This document shows, in pieces, positions 44,080 through 50,704 of a DNA stretch of 50,704 nucleotides. Numbering within the stretch: position 1 is the first letter of the stretch; each line of letters starts with the position of its first letter. The notes beneath the pieces were generated by a model that was given only the letters and a program-made list of their open reading frames with translations, was not told where the DNA came from and did no database searches. The translations under genes and the position numbers were made by a program. Source of the DNA: a virus (Duplodnaviria; Caudoviricetes); IMG/VR virus record IMGVR_UViG_3300022173_000136, positions 1 through 50,704 of that record. One strand, written 5' to 3'.

Positions 44080-44553
44080 CTACAGTCTACCGCGGTCCCC
44101 GGCTTCTTTGCTGTGCTTCAGGGCGGAGTTAATTTGCTCTTGCGTTGGGAAGGAGCGACTCTGGAACCAGCTTTCGACGAGCTTCGCGAAGCGGTCTATC
44201 CACGGTGCGCCAGGGCCGCCAATCTGTCGGTACTTCGACGCGCAGCTCAGGAACTCGTAGATGGTCACGGCGCGCACGAAGTACTCGGCCGGGTCCCAGG
44301 AGAGCTTGAAGGCTTCTTGCGTCACGGCCGATAGCGCGCCGAGGATGAAGAACACGGCGACCTTTCGCATGATGCCTACGCAGAGCTTCCGATTCTCGTA
44401 TGATCCTTGCTGCAATGCGAGTCCGGCTCCGAACAGTAGGTCGGTGAACATGAGGAACACCATCGGCCCAACTGCCGGCGGAATCGCGGCCCACTTCATG
44501 AGAAACGTCGCAACTATGGATGTCCAGAACCGCTCCCAGGTAAATTCGCTCAT
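44080..44553 (-). CDS. Phage holin (holin_4_1/toxin-secretion type)
   Basis: TM segments; D...G..A..S..L..G..RK and YEFLS motif; leaderless TACAAT, 6 nt, ATG. Confidence 0.75.
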   Translation of the reverse strand: MSEFTWERFWTSIVATFLMKWAAIPPAVGPMVFLMFTDLLFGAGLALQQGSYENRKLCVGIMRKVAVFFILGALSAVTQEAFKLSWDPAEYFVRAVTIYEFLSCASKYRQIGGPGAPWIDRFAKLVESWFQSRSFPTQEQINSALKHSKEAGDRGRL

Positions 44554-44576
44554 GGGGAAATTGTACCCCGTTGGCG

Positions 44577-44966
44577 CTACCGTCCGGCAAAGAATGCAGC
44601 CTGAAGCCGGCCGATGATCGCCTCTACGTCGATTCCCCAGTAAGCGCCGAATCGTTTCTTTAGCGATTCTTGAGAGAAGAGGCCGTCTTGGTGGTGTTGC
44701 CTGCATAGCGGTAGTCCTCGCAAGTTTGGGGCCTTTGCCGCTGAGTTGCCGCCGTAGTGAGCGAACTCGCTCACGCCGACGCGCGCCGGCAGCCCCTCCC
44801 GATATTCTAGGAAATAACAGGCCGCGCAGGGATAGCCCTTGACGAACTCCATGAAGTCGAGCCCGTCTTGGTCGACATTGCGGGTCCGCCGGCTGAACGG
44901 GCGGAGGGCGGAAGGCGGCCGCTTCTTGTGCTTCTTGGCGGCCGCTCGCGCCTTCGCTGACCTCAT
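44577..44966 (-). CDS. HNH-like nuclease (DUF968/Ref-like)
   Basis: PCAAC..AH..LPLCRQHH..FGAYWGID. Confidence 0.7.
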   Translation of the reverse strand: MRSAKARAAAKKHKKRPPSALRPFSRRTRNVDQDGLDFMEFVKGYPCAACYFLEYREGLPARVGVSEFAHYGGNSAAKAPNLRGLPLCRQHHQDGLFSQESLKKRFGAYWGIDVEAIIGRLQAAFFAGR

Positions 44967-45178
44967 TCGGCCAGCTCCCAGTAGGACTCGTGGAACGCGC
45001 GAGCGCGGTCGGTGCCGTCGATGTCGACCATGACGAGCCAGGGCGTATTGCAGCGGGCGACGAACGTCCCGCGGATCGTGCGCGGATCGTGAGGAATGCG
45101 GGTCACGGGGTCGATGAAGTGCTCGGCCAGCTCGCGTATTCCAGACAAGCTCAACTGAACGCGCGCGCCGTAGGTCAT
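44963..45178 (-). CDS. Hypothetical protein
   Basis: ATGA coupling at both ends. Confidence 0.6.
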   Translation of the reverse strand: MTYGARVQLSLSGIRELAEHFIDPVTRIPHDPRTIRGTFVARCNTPWLVMVDIDGTDRARAFHESYWELAE

Positions 45179-45405
45179 CGCGCCGATTCTCTCACGCCGA
45201 CCTTGCGGCCGCTGAAGACCTTCCCGTCGAGCATGGTGATAGCCTTCTTGCCTTGTTCCTTCGGCACGTTGCAGAACGCATACGGCCCGCCGGTTTCCGG
45301 CCGGATGAAGGTCAAGCTCATCACAGTGATGCCCCACTTCTCCAGCCACTCACGAAGGCGCTCTTCCGTCGCGCCGTGGTCGATGTTACCGATGAACAGT
45401 CTCAC
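45175..45405 (-). CDS. RNA-recognition-motif (RRM) RNA-binding protein
   Basis: RNP2 LFIGNI, RNP1-like GPYAFCNV, AITMLDGKVFSGRKVGVRESAR; own -10 TACGAT and GGAGAGG RBS; GTG start. Confidence 0.85.
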   Translation of the reverse strand: MRLFIGNIDHGATEERLREWLEKWGITVMSLTFIRPETGGPYAFCNVPKEQGKKAITMLDGKVFSGRKVGVRESAR

Positions 45406-45558
45406 TCTGTAGCCCTCTCCAGATATTCCACAATCGTACCGCGGCTCCCCACTTGCGCCACGCGATGACCCTCGCCGGCAGCTCGCCGGATTCCGACGCG
45501 ATGACCGCGGCCCGCGCGTCGGCCAGAATCGTGAGCATCATCGCCCGCGGCATGCTCC

Positions 45559-45900
45559 TCAAGCGAGTTTTCGCTTGGCGAGCGTCTTCTCCATCTCCCG
45601 TACCCATGCGCGATGTTCCTCCATCTCGGCTTCGGTCGGCGGCGTCCCGAGGTCGAAGACCGGCTCTTCGTCGACGCCGTTGTGCTTCCGCACGAGTCGA
45701 TGAATGTCCGCCGGCGCCGGCCGCTCTGTCTGCTCGACAAGCCACTCGTCGATGACCATAGCCGCGACAACGTCGTTCTTCGCGCGCATGAGCGCGCTCG
45801 TAATCTCGGCGAAGTACTCCTCGCCGTCGGCCTGAACGAAGTACTTGCAGAAGCGCAGCCGCCGCGCCTGTGTGTTTGCGAACCGCCGGTCGACGCTCAT
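45559..45900 (-). CDS. Replication-module protein (possible helicase-loader inhibitor-like)
   Basis: Follows the initiator-like gene; W....ERPAPADIH motif. Confidence 0.5.
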   Translation of the reverse strand: MSVDRRFANTQARRLRFCKYFVQADGEEYFAEITSALMRAKNDVVAAMVIDEWLVEQTERPAPADIHRLVRKHNGVDEEPVFDLGTPPTEAEMEEHRAWVREMEKTLAKRKLA

Positions 45901-46385
45901 GCCGTCCGCCAGTCCACGGCGCGCCCGGTGCGCCTGTATAGCTCGATGGCACGGTCAAGCCGCTGTCGCTCTTCCCAGGCCGCAGCGTCGCGGGCTTCGG
46001 CTTCGGGGCTTGGCGGTTTCGGGGAAGGTGTTTTCGTAGAAATAAACCCCGAAGGGATAATACAAGGACGCGCGGCCGAAGACATCTCATTTTGAGGTAT
46101 CACTTCGTAGCGGGCGGAGGTCGGCCCGCGTCGGATAACTCGAATCAGGCCAGCGCCTTTGAGTTGGGAGATCCAGCGCGCTATCGTGGCGCGCGACTTC
46201 TTGAACTGTGCCGCGAAATAGGCGACGGAACAGAAGCAGCCAGCCGGCCGCGCAGCCATCGAACGGATGCGCGCGAGCAGGTCGGATGGTCCGAACCGCT
46301 TAGGCTTCTTTGGTGGACGCCACTCGGCGACTTCTGAGGCGGGGAAAAGTTCTCTTTGGGCGGGGACGACTTCGAGCGTCTTCAA
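45897..46385 (-). CDS. Winged-HTH protein, putative replication initiator
   Basis: CFCSVAYFAAQFKKSRATIARWISQLKGAGLIRVIRR..SARY; TTG start with GAGGAG RBS. Confidence 0.7.
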   Translation of the reverse strand: MKTLEVVPAQRELFPASEVAEWRPPKKPKRFGPSDLLARIRSMAARPAGCFCSVAYFAAQFKKSRATIARWISQLKGAGLIRVIRRGPTSARYEVIPQNEMSSAARPCIIPSGFISTKTPSPKPPSPEAEARDAAAWEERQRLDRAIELYRRTGRAVDWRTA

Positions 46386-46500
46386 CGGTGCAGCTCCTCT
46401 ACAGATTGAAACGCGGGCGGCCGTCTGTAGTCAGCAGCCCGCGCCTCAGGATTCCTCGATTGCGGCGAGGGTCCGGTATGCCTACCGAACAGGGATGATC

Positions 46501-46839
46501 TTAACCCAGGCGGCCCGTCTCGCGCAAGTACTCGGATCGACGCAGCTCCCACGCCTTCGGCGGCTTGTGCTGATGTAGGCGAGGTTGGCCGCCGCGGTTG
46601 CGCTTCTGTCGTTGCGGGGTGTCGGGCGGGGCGACTGGATTCTTGTAAACGTCTTTGCCGGCGAGCAGGTCGAGCGCTTGCCGAACGGTGTAGCGCTTCC
46701 AAACGTCACGGTCTGGATCGTGGATGTAGATTTTCTCCGCGTCGACGCGGAGGCGGAGGCCGTGCGCCTTGCAGTGAGCGAGTAGCTCACGTGCAAGGTC
46801 CACGGTGAACGGCAGCGACGGGGGAGGATGTCGCAGCAT
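46501..46839 (-). CDS. Hypothetical protein
   Basis: Operon ORF. Confidence 0.55.
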   Translation of the reverse strand: MLRHPPPSLPFTVDLARELLAHCKAHGLRLRVDAEKIYIHDPDRDVWKRYTVRQALDLLAGKDVYKNPVAPPDTPQRQKRNRGGQPRLHQHKPPKAWELRRSEYLRETGRLG

Positions 46840-46846
46840 AACGGCC

Positions 46847-47320
46847 CTAGCTCATGTCGACCAGCTCGCCTTGCTTCGGCTCGCTGGAGTCTTCGCTTTC
46901 GGTTTCGATCTTGTCGTATTCGATGTGCAGGTCGCCTTGCGCGCGCGACGTGGTATCGGCGTACTTCTCGGCGATGGCAGCGATGCCCGGTAGGTGCGTC
47001 GTATACTGACCGCGCAGCTCGAACTTCGGCCGCTTCCCTTCCGACTCAATTCGGATGACCTTGAATTGCTCGAACAGGCCAGACCCCAGGTTGAAGGTCT
47101 TGCCGCCGGCCTCGAACGTCATCGTGTGCGCGGCCATGCCGCCTTGGAGCTGAACGGACTCTTGTCCTTCCGCTGGAGCGGTCCAGCCGAGCGCGTTCGC
47201 GACGCGCGCCGTCCACTTCATCGTGAAGTTCAGCGAGACAGTCTTCGCGCCCTTCTTCTTGTCTAGGGCCATGTGGCCGGAGTTGAGATACGCCCCTTCG
47301 AGCGTTATCGTCTTTGGCAT
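46847..47320 (-). CDS. Hypothetical protein
   Basis: AAGGA RBS, strong codon bias. Confidence 0.7.
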   Translation of the reverse strand: MPKTITLEGAYLNSGHMALDKKKGAKTVSLNFTMKWTARVANALGWTAPAEGQESVQLQGGMAAHTMTFEAGGKTFNLGSGLFEQFKVIRIESEGKRPKFELRGQYTTHLPGIAAIAEKYADTTSRAQGDLHIEYDKIETESEDSSEPKQGELVDMS

Positions 47321-47335
47321 CGGGTGATGTTCCTT

Positions 47336-47824
47336 CTATCGTATTTTCCGTGCGAGTCCGCTCTTCGCGTACTTCTCGCGGAATCCCTCTATTGTAGGCT
47401 CGAAGTCAACCGTTGCAACCCACACCATCGCGCCGCGCGCGCGTTCGGTGGTCGCCCACTGCAATTGCTCCGGTTTCGGCTTCCCATGCAGGCTCTTGAA
47501 CTCAACCCATAGGACCTCGGCGTCCTGATGCCCGGTCATGTTCGTGTAGCGAATGAACAGGTCGTCGGCCATCCCAGGCTCACCGAAACCCTTGCCGCGC
47601 GCGTTGAGCAGCTTCGCGACGGCCGGTATGAGTAGGCCAGCCTTCGCCAGCGCCGCGCGGATCGCGCCCACGGTCGCCCGGTCGCTGACCGGGTCCGTCC
47701 GAAGATGCCGCCAGTCGTCGAGGACGAGCAGCTCGGTACATGTGGCTTGAATGCTCGCCTCGCTCGGCGTGTAGACTCCCGGCTTGCGTGTCTTGATGAA
47801 GTACTTCTCGCGCGGAATGCTCAT
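47336..47824 (-). CDS. VRR-NUC (PD-(D/E)xK) nuclease
   Basis: [36 protein letters not shown]. Confidence 0.8.
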   Translation of the reverse strand: MSIPREKYFIKTRKPGVYTPSEASIQATCTELLVLDDWRHLRTDPVSDRATVGAIRAALAKAGLLIPAVAKLLNARGKGFGEPGMADDLFIRYTNMTGHQDAEVLWVEFKSLHGKPKPEQLQWATTERARGAMVWVATVDFEPTIEGFREKYAKSGLARKIR

Positions 47825-48105
47825 AGTAGCTTGTGAATCCCCATCGCGACGTAGCCAGGGCGGAGGCCGTCGGGGAAGTGGGTAATGTACGTGACCTCGA
47901 CGCGAACTTTGGTTCCAAGGTATTTGCTCGCTCTTCCGTCCGCTGGAGATTCCCACTCTTGCAGAACCAGGATGTCGCCGACCTTGAACCCGCGGTCGTC
48001 GCGGCGAATCTCGAACGTCTTCGTGCCGTTCTTGACGGCAGCAAAGTACTCCGGCCAGCATTTGAGCGTGTGCGTCACAGGAGCCTCATTTGTTATTTTT
48101 TCCAT
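47821..48105 (-). CDS. ASCH/PUA-like DUF3850 protein
   Basis: [51 protein letters not shown]. Confidence 0.9.
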   Translation of the reverse strand: MEKITNEAPVTHTLKCWPEYFAAVKNGTKTFEIRRDDRGFKVGDILVLQEWESPADGRASKYLGTKVRVEVTYITHFPDGLRPGYVAMGIHKLL

Positions 48106-48344
48106 GATGGGATGAACTTCGGGGTGCCGCCGGAAACGAACGCTTCCGCGTCGTCGGGCTCGGCGAAGAGTGTTGTTTGCTCAGGCTTCGGTGGCTTCGG
48201 CTTCGCCGGCGGCCGCTTCGCGCGGTGATTGTCGCGACCAGGGCAGTCGATGAAGTGATTCTCGCCGGCAGCGTTCAGCGGAACCGCCTTGTTGTTGGCG
48301 TTGCGGGTCCACGTGATCGGCGCGCCGCAGCTCCTACATTGCAT
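48093..48344 (-). CDS. Small zinc-binding protein
   Basis: [16 protein letters not shown]. Confidence 0.7.
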   Translation of the reverse strand: MQCRSCGAPITWTRNANNKAVPLNAAGENHFIDCPGRDNHRAKRPPAKPKPPKPEQTTLFAEPDDAEAFVSGGTPKFIPSWKK

Positions 48345-48663
48345 GGCGCAGGTTCTCCAACTTGTAATGCTTTACGTTGTAGTTGTTCGCGTCGCCGACA
48401 TGGATCGCCGGCTTGTCGTCGTCCCAGTGGACGGACGCGCGGCCGCTATTGCGAAGCTCCCATATCTTGCCGATGCGCGAGATGTCGCCGCGGTAACAAA
48501 CGCGGTCGCCCAGGCGGAACTTCTTCGAGGACTGCACACACGTATTGAGCAGTAGCGAGCGCCGGCTTCCGCTCCAGCCGCAGCAGTGGAGGCAGCGCCA
48601 GACGGTGTCGCCGTCGCTGTCGACGCCATCGCGCCGAGGAACGCAGCGTTCCGGTTTGTTCAT
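48334..48663 (-). CDS. Hypothetical protein
   Basis: ATGA coupling; SH3-like C-terminal part. Confidence 0.55.
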   Translation of the reverse strand: MNKPERCVPRRDGVDSDGDTVWRCLHCCGWSGSRRSLLLNTCVQSSKKFRLGDRVCYRGDISRIGKIWELRNSGRASVHWDDDKPAIHVGDANNYNVKHYKLENLRHAM

Positions 48664-48866
48664 ATCAGCGATACCTCCGCTTGCATAGGTCGCTTGATCT
48701 TCTGGCCTTCTTTTGTGAATGTATAGCTCACCGAGAAGACCTTGCCGGCCGCGAGCACGTCGTCGACGTAGAAACTAACATGGTCCCCGACGTGTGGCAG
48801 CGACTCTAGCCACTCGTCGAAGTAGACAGAGGTCTTCCGGGTTTCGTCTTTGAAGCGGACCTTCAT
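48660..48866 (-). CDS. Hypothetical protein
   Basis: ATGA coupling. Confidence 0.6.
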   Translation of the reverse strand: MKVRFKDETRKTSVYFDEWLESLPHVGDHVSFYVDDVLAAGKVFSVSYTFTKEGQKIKRPMQAEVSLI

Positions 48867-49075
48867 CCGTTCGCCTCAAGGCAGCCAGCGCAAAGCACGA
48901 TGCCGTCGAGCGTCATGATGCAGCAGCCCTCGCAGAACATCTTGTTGCAGCCCTCGCACTTGTGCAGCTCTTCGTCTTCGCTCGTGGCTCGGCAGGTCTT
49001 CACGGCACACGGAGTATACTCCGGCATGTCGTGTTCTTCGTCGAAGCTGTAGTCGCGGCCGTCGTCAATCATCAC
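48863..49075 (-). CDS. Cys-rich zinc-finger protein
   Basis: C....C..CEGC....CEGC..CAGC. Confidence 0.65.
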   Translation of the reverse strand: MMIDDGRDYSFDEEHDMPEYTPCAVKTCRATSEDEELHKCEGCNKMFCEGCCIMTLDGIVLCAGCLEANG

Positions 49076-49317
49076 AATACGCCTCGTTGTGCGAGCATCT
49101 TCGTCCGCTCGGCGGCCGCGCGTTCAGGCCAGCTACCGAAGGCAGGATCGCCATAGATGCCGCGAAGGATTGACTCGACCTCGCGCCGGTGTTCTGCGAT
49201 CGCTTGGCCCTTGCGCGCGGCTTCCTTCGGTATGCCGGCTTCGTTGCAAAGGTGCATCGCGTCAATCATGCCGCGGGTCATGAAGATGCGTTCGGCTTGC
49301 TGTGTGAGTGAGTCCAT
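49072..49317 (-). CDS. Hypothetical protein, first gene of the middle operon
   Basis: Leaderless TTGCGC-17-TACTGT-6-ATG. Confidence 0.7.
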   Translation of the reverse strand: MDSLTQQAERIFMTRGMIDAMHLCNEAGIPKEAARKGQAIAEHRREVESILRGIYGDPAFGSWPERAAAERTKMLAQRGVL

Positions 49318-49366
49318 GCAGAAACAGTAAACCGCCGGCTTGCTTCGCGCAATAGTACCGGCGGTT
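49318..49366 (-). promoter_or_regulatory. Leaderless sigma70 promoter with a GTAC site, enclosed in an inverted repeat
   Basis: GTAC 49355-49358, TTGCGC, 17 nt, TACTGT 49324-49329; AACCGCCGG (49330-38)/CCGGCGGTT (49358-66). Confidence 0.75.
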
Positions 49367-49435
49367 CATTTTGTGCGTCGGGGCGGTTAAGCCTCGTGCC
49401 GTTGCCCGACAAGTCGACGAGACACGACCGGCTCG

Positions 49436-49918
49436 TTAGAGAGGCAGCTCGATAATCTGAATGGGAAGCTCGCCGATGCCGGCCGTTTCCAGCCAGGAGA
49501 TAAGTTCCTTCTCGTCGTCATCGGTGAGACGCAGGCAGCCGTATGTCGGGCGGAACCAGCCGGCAGCGTTGAGCGCGCCGCCGTGGATCAGGATATTGTA
49601 GCGGTCGCCGTCGCCGTCTTTGTTCTTCGGGGACATCGCAATCAGCGCGTCGCCGGAAACCGCGGTCAGCAGAATGCGCTTGTGCGGTCCATAGACTCGC
49701 CCAGGCCCGCTCGCGGGAACGATGCGGCCCTTCCATTCGCCGGCGGGAATGTCGCCGAACGGCCGCAGCGGGTTTCGCTCGGGATTGCCGGCTTCCTTCG
49801 CGCGCGTGTTGTCGCTCTTGCCATAGCAAGGGGCTCGCCATGCGATGTTTGCGCCGTCGGTGAGTATGATGACGCCGGGATTCGTGCGGTCTTTGTGGAG
49901 AAATACGGTAAGTTTCAT
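49436..49918 (-). CDS. YkuD-family L,D-transpeptidase-fold protein (candidate endolysin)
   Basis: GDIPAG.W, ILIHGG..PTYGCLRL catalytic His/Cys motif. Confidence 0.85.
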   Translation of the reverse strand: MKLTVFLHKDRTNPGVIILTDGANIAWRAPCYGKSDNTRAKEAGNPERNPLRPFGDIPAGEWKGRIVPASGPGRVYGPHKRILLTAVSGDALIAMSPKNKDGDGDRYNILIHGGALNAAGWFRPTYGCLRLTDDDEKELISWLETAGIGELPIQIIELPL

Positions 49919-50068
49919 CGGGTGTTGGTTCCTTCCGGTCGGCGTCCTTCGCTGCAAGCTCGCGAGCATTCCCTTGTAAGGCGCGGAGCGCGAGAGCGAC
50001 CACGTAGCGACGCCGGCCGCAAGAGAGGCGAACGCGCCAGGAAAAGCGCGTCCGCCTTCTTTACCGCG

Positions 50069-50311
50069 CTACGGTTGCGGCGTGGGGTCGGGCGTCGGCG
50101 TGGGGCCGGGAGCCGAAGGGGTGTTGGTCACGACGGCCGCGGCCAGCGCGTCGGTGGAGAGCCGCAGGCGGTCGACAAACGCCTGAAGAGCTACCGGGTC
50201 ATTTTTGGACGCCTCGACTTCGGCGGCCAGTGCGCGCATGAGCTGAATCGCGGACGAATCCGCTTGCTCGTTGCGCTCGATCTCTGCTTGCAATTGGGAC
50301 AGGTCTAACAT
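50069..50311 (-). CDS. Small coiled-coil protein with a Pro/Thr-rich tail
   Basis: AAGGAG RBS; TAA-ATG adjacency to the upstream gene. Confidence 0.7.
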   Translation of the reverse strand: MLDLSQLQAEIERNEQADSSAIQLMRALAAEVEASKNDPVALQAFVDRLRLSTDALAAAVVTNTPSAPGPTPTPDPTPQP

Positions 50312-50485
50312 TTAGTGCTTCTCCTTAAGGTCGGCGACCACTTCCGCCAGTTTGTCGTCCGCCTTCTTGAGTCGCTCCGTGAGTTGGTCGATTGCCGCTT
50401 GCGTCGTGCCATCGAGATAGTCGAGCAGACGGTCAATCCGGTTGCGGTCTTCGGGTGCGATGGAGATTACGAACAACTTGAACAT
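50312..50485 (-). CDS. 57-aa coiled-coil protein (absent from ORF track)
   Basis: MFKLFVISIAPEDRNRIDRLLDYLDGTTQAAIDQLTERLKKADDKLAEVVADLKEKH; GGAAGGA RBS. Confidence 0.65.
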   Translation of the reverse strand: MFKLFVISIAPEDRNRIDRLLDYLDGTTQAAIDQLTERLKKADDKLAEVVADLKEKH

Positions 50486-50523
50486 GTCGGGTGCAGTCCT
50501 TCCGTTGTGTTGAACACTCTTGC

Positions 50524-50597
50524 ATCGTATCAGGCTTTAACCCTACGAAAAATAGTACCGATGGCCCATTTTCAAAACAGCCCGCATAGCCCACGAT
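50524..50597. promoter_or_regulatory. Divergent promoter pair sharing one GTAC-N4-GGCC site
   Basis: Leftward -10 TACGAT (50524-29) and rightward -10 CACGAT (50592-97); the site at 50555-50566 begins 37 nt upstream of each. Confidence 0.7.
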
Positions 50598-50702
50598 GAA
50601 CGCATGGTCAACCCGGCGAACTGCCGAACCTGTGGCTGCAATCTCTGGCAGCACAAGTGCGAAGAGAAGGACGGAAAGTATACATGGACATGCAAATGCG
50701 GG
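50577..50702. repeat. Terminal direct repeat, right copy
   Basis: Identical to 4-129. Confidence 0.95.
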
Positions 50703-50704
50703 CT

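Larger units (their letters stand above)
1..50704. mobile_element. Complete or near-complete tailed phage genome, podovirus-like
   Basis: TerS-TerL-portal-scaffold-MCP-adaptor-nozzle-ejection gene order, terminal overlap, no host housekeeping genes. Confidence 0.95.

Noticed and set aside
45386-45553. Small ORF between the replication genes and the RRM gene
   Set aside because: RBS spacing is poor, it overlaps the RRM promoter and start, and it has no motif; left unannotated.
1-50704. Alternative genetic code or tRNA genes
   Set aside because: Core genes are intact in the standard code, all three stop codons are used, and no tRNA cloverleaf was noticed.

Overview
This window is an apparently complete, circularly assembled genome of about 50.57 kb from a GC-rich tailed dsDNA phage (Caudoviricetes). 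Bases 4-129 recur exactly at 50577-50702. It looks podovirus-like: there is no tape-measure or sheath gene, but there are adaptor, nozzle and ejection genes. The + strand (31-37612) carries a DUF932-led cluster of small early genes, terminase small and large subunits, portal, scaffold, decoration protein, major capsid protein, fibres, three adaptor-like paralogues, a nozzle, tail-tip proteins, a GNAT and ejected proteins, including a 1604-aa protein with a ddrB-like ParB domain. The - strand (37596-50485) carries a malectin-domain protein, Gp157-like and SSB-like proteins, a DUF900 esterase, a holin, an HNH-like nuclease, an RRM RNA-binding protein, an HTH initiator-like protein, VRR-NUC, ASCH/DUF3850 and a YkuD L,D-transpeptidase. 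I recognised no integrase, CI-like repressor, ParA/ParB pair, polymerase, primase, helicase, tRNA or CRISPR array. The most striking signals are non-coding: (1) a perfect chromosomal-type parS palindrome at 3982-3997 between two terminators; (2) a GTAC-N4-GNNC site at fixed spacing (GTAC 37 and/or 29 nt before the -10) at eight early or middle promoters; (3) five co-oriented 13-bp iteron-like repeats around the divergent promoter at the circular junction; (4) many leaderless -10/N6/ATG promoters; and (5) structured leaders before the head and replication genes. Together these suggest, by inference, a phage maintained outside the chromosome using host partitioning and regulatory proteins. All protein family calls come from motif recognition by eye, not database searches.
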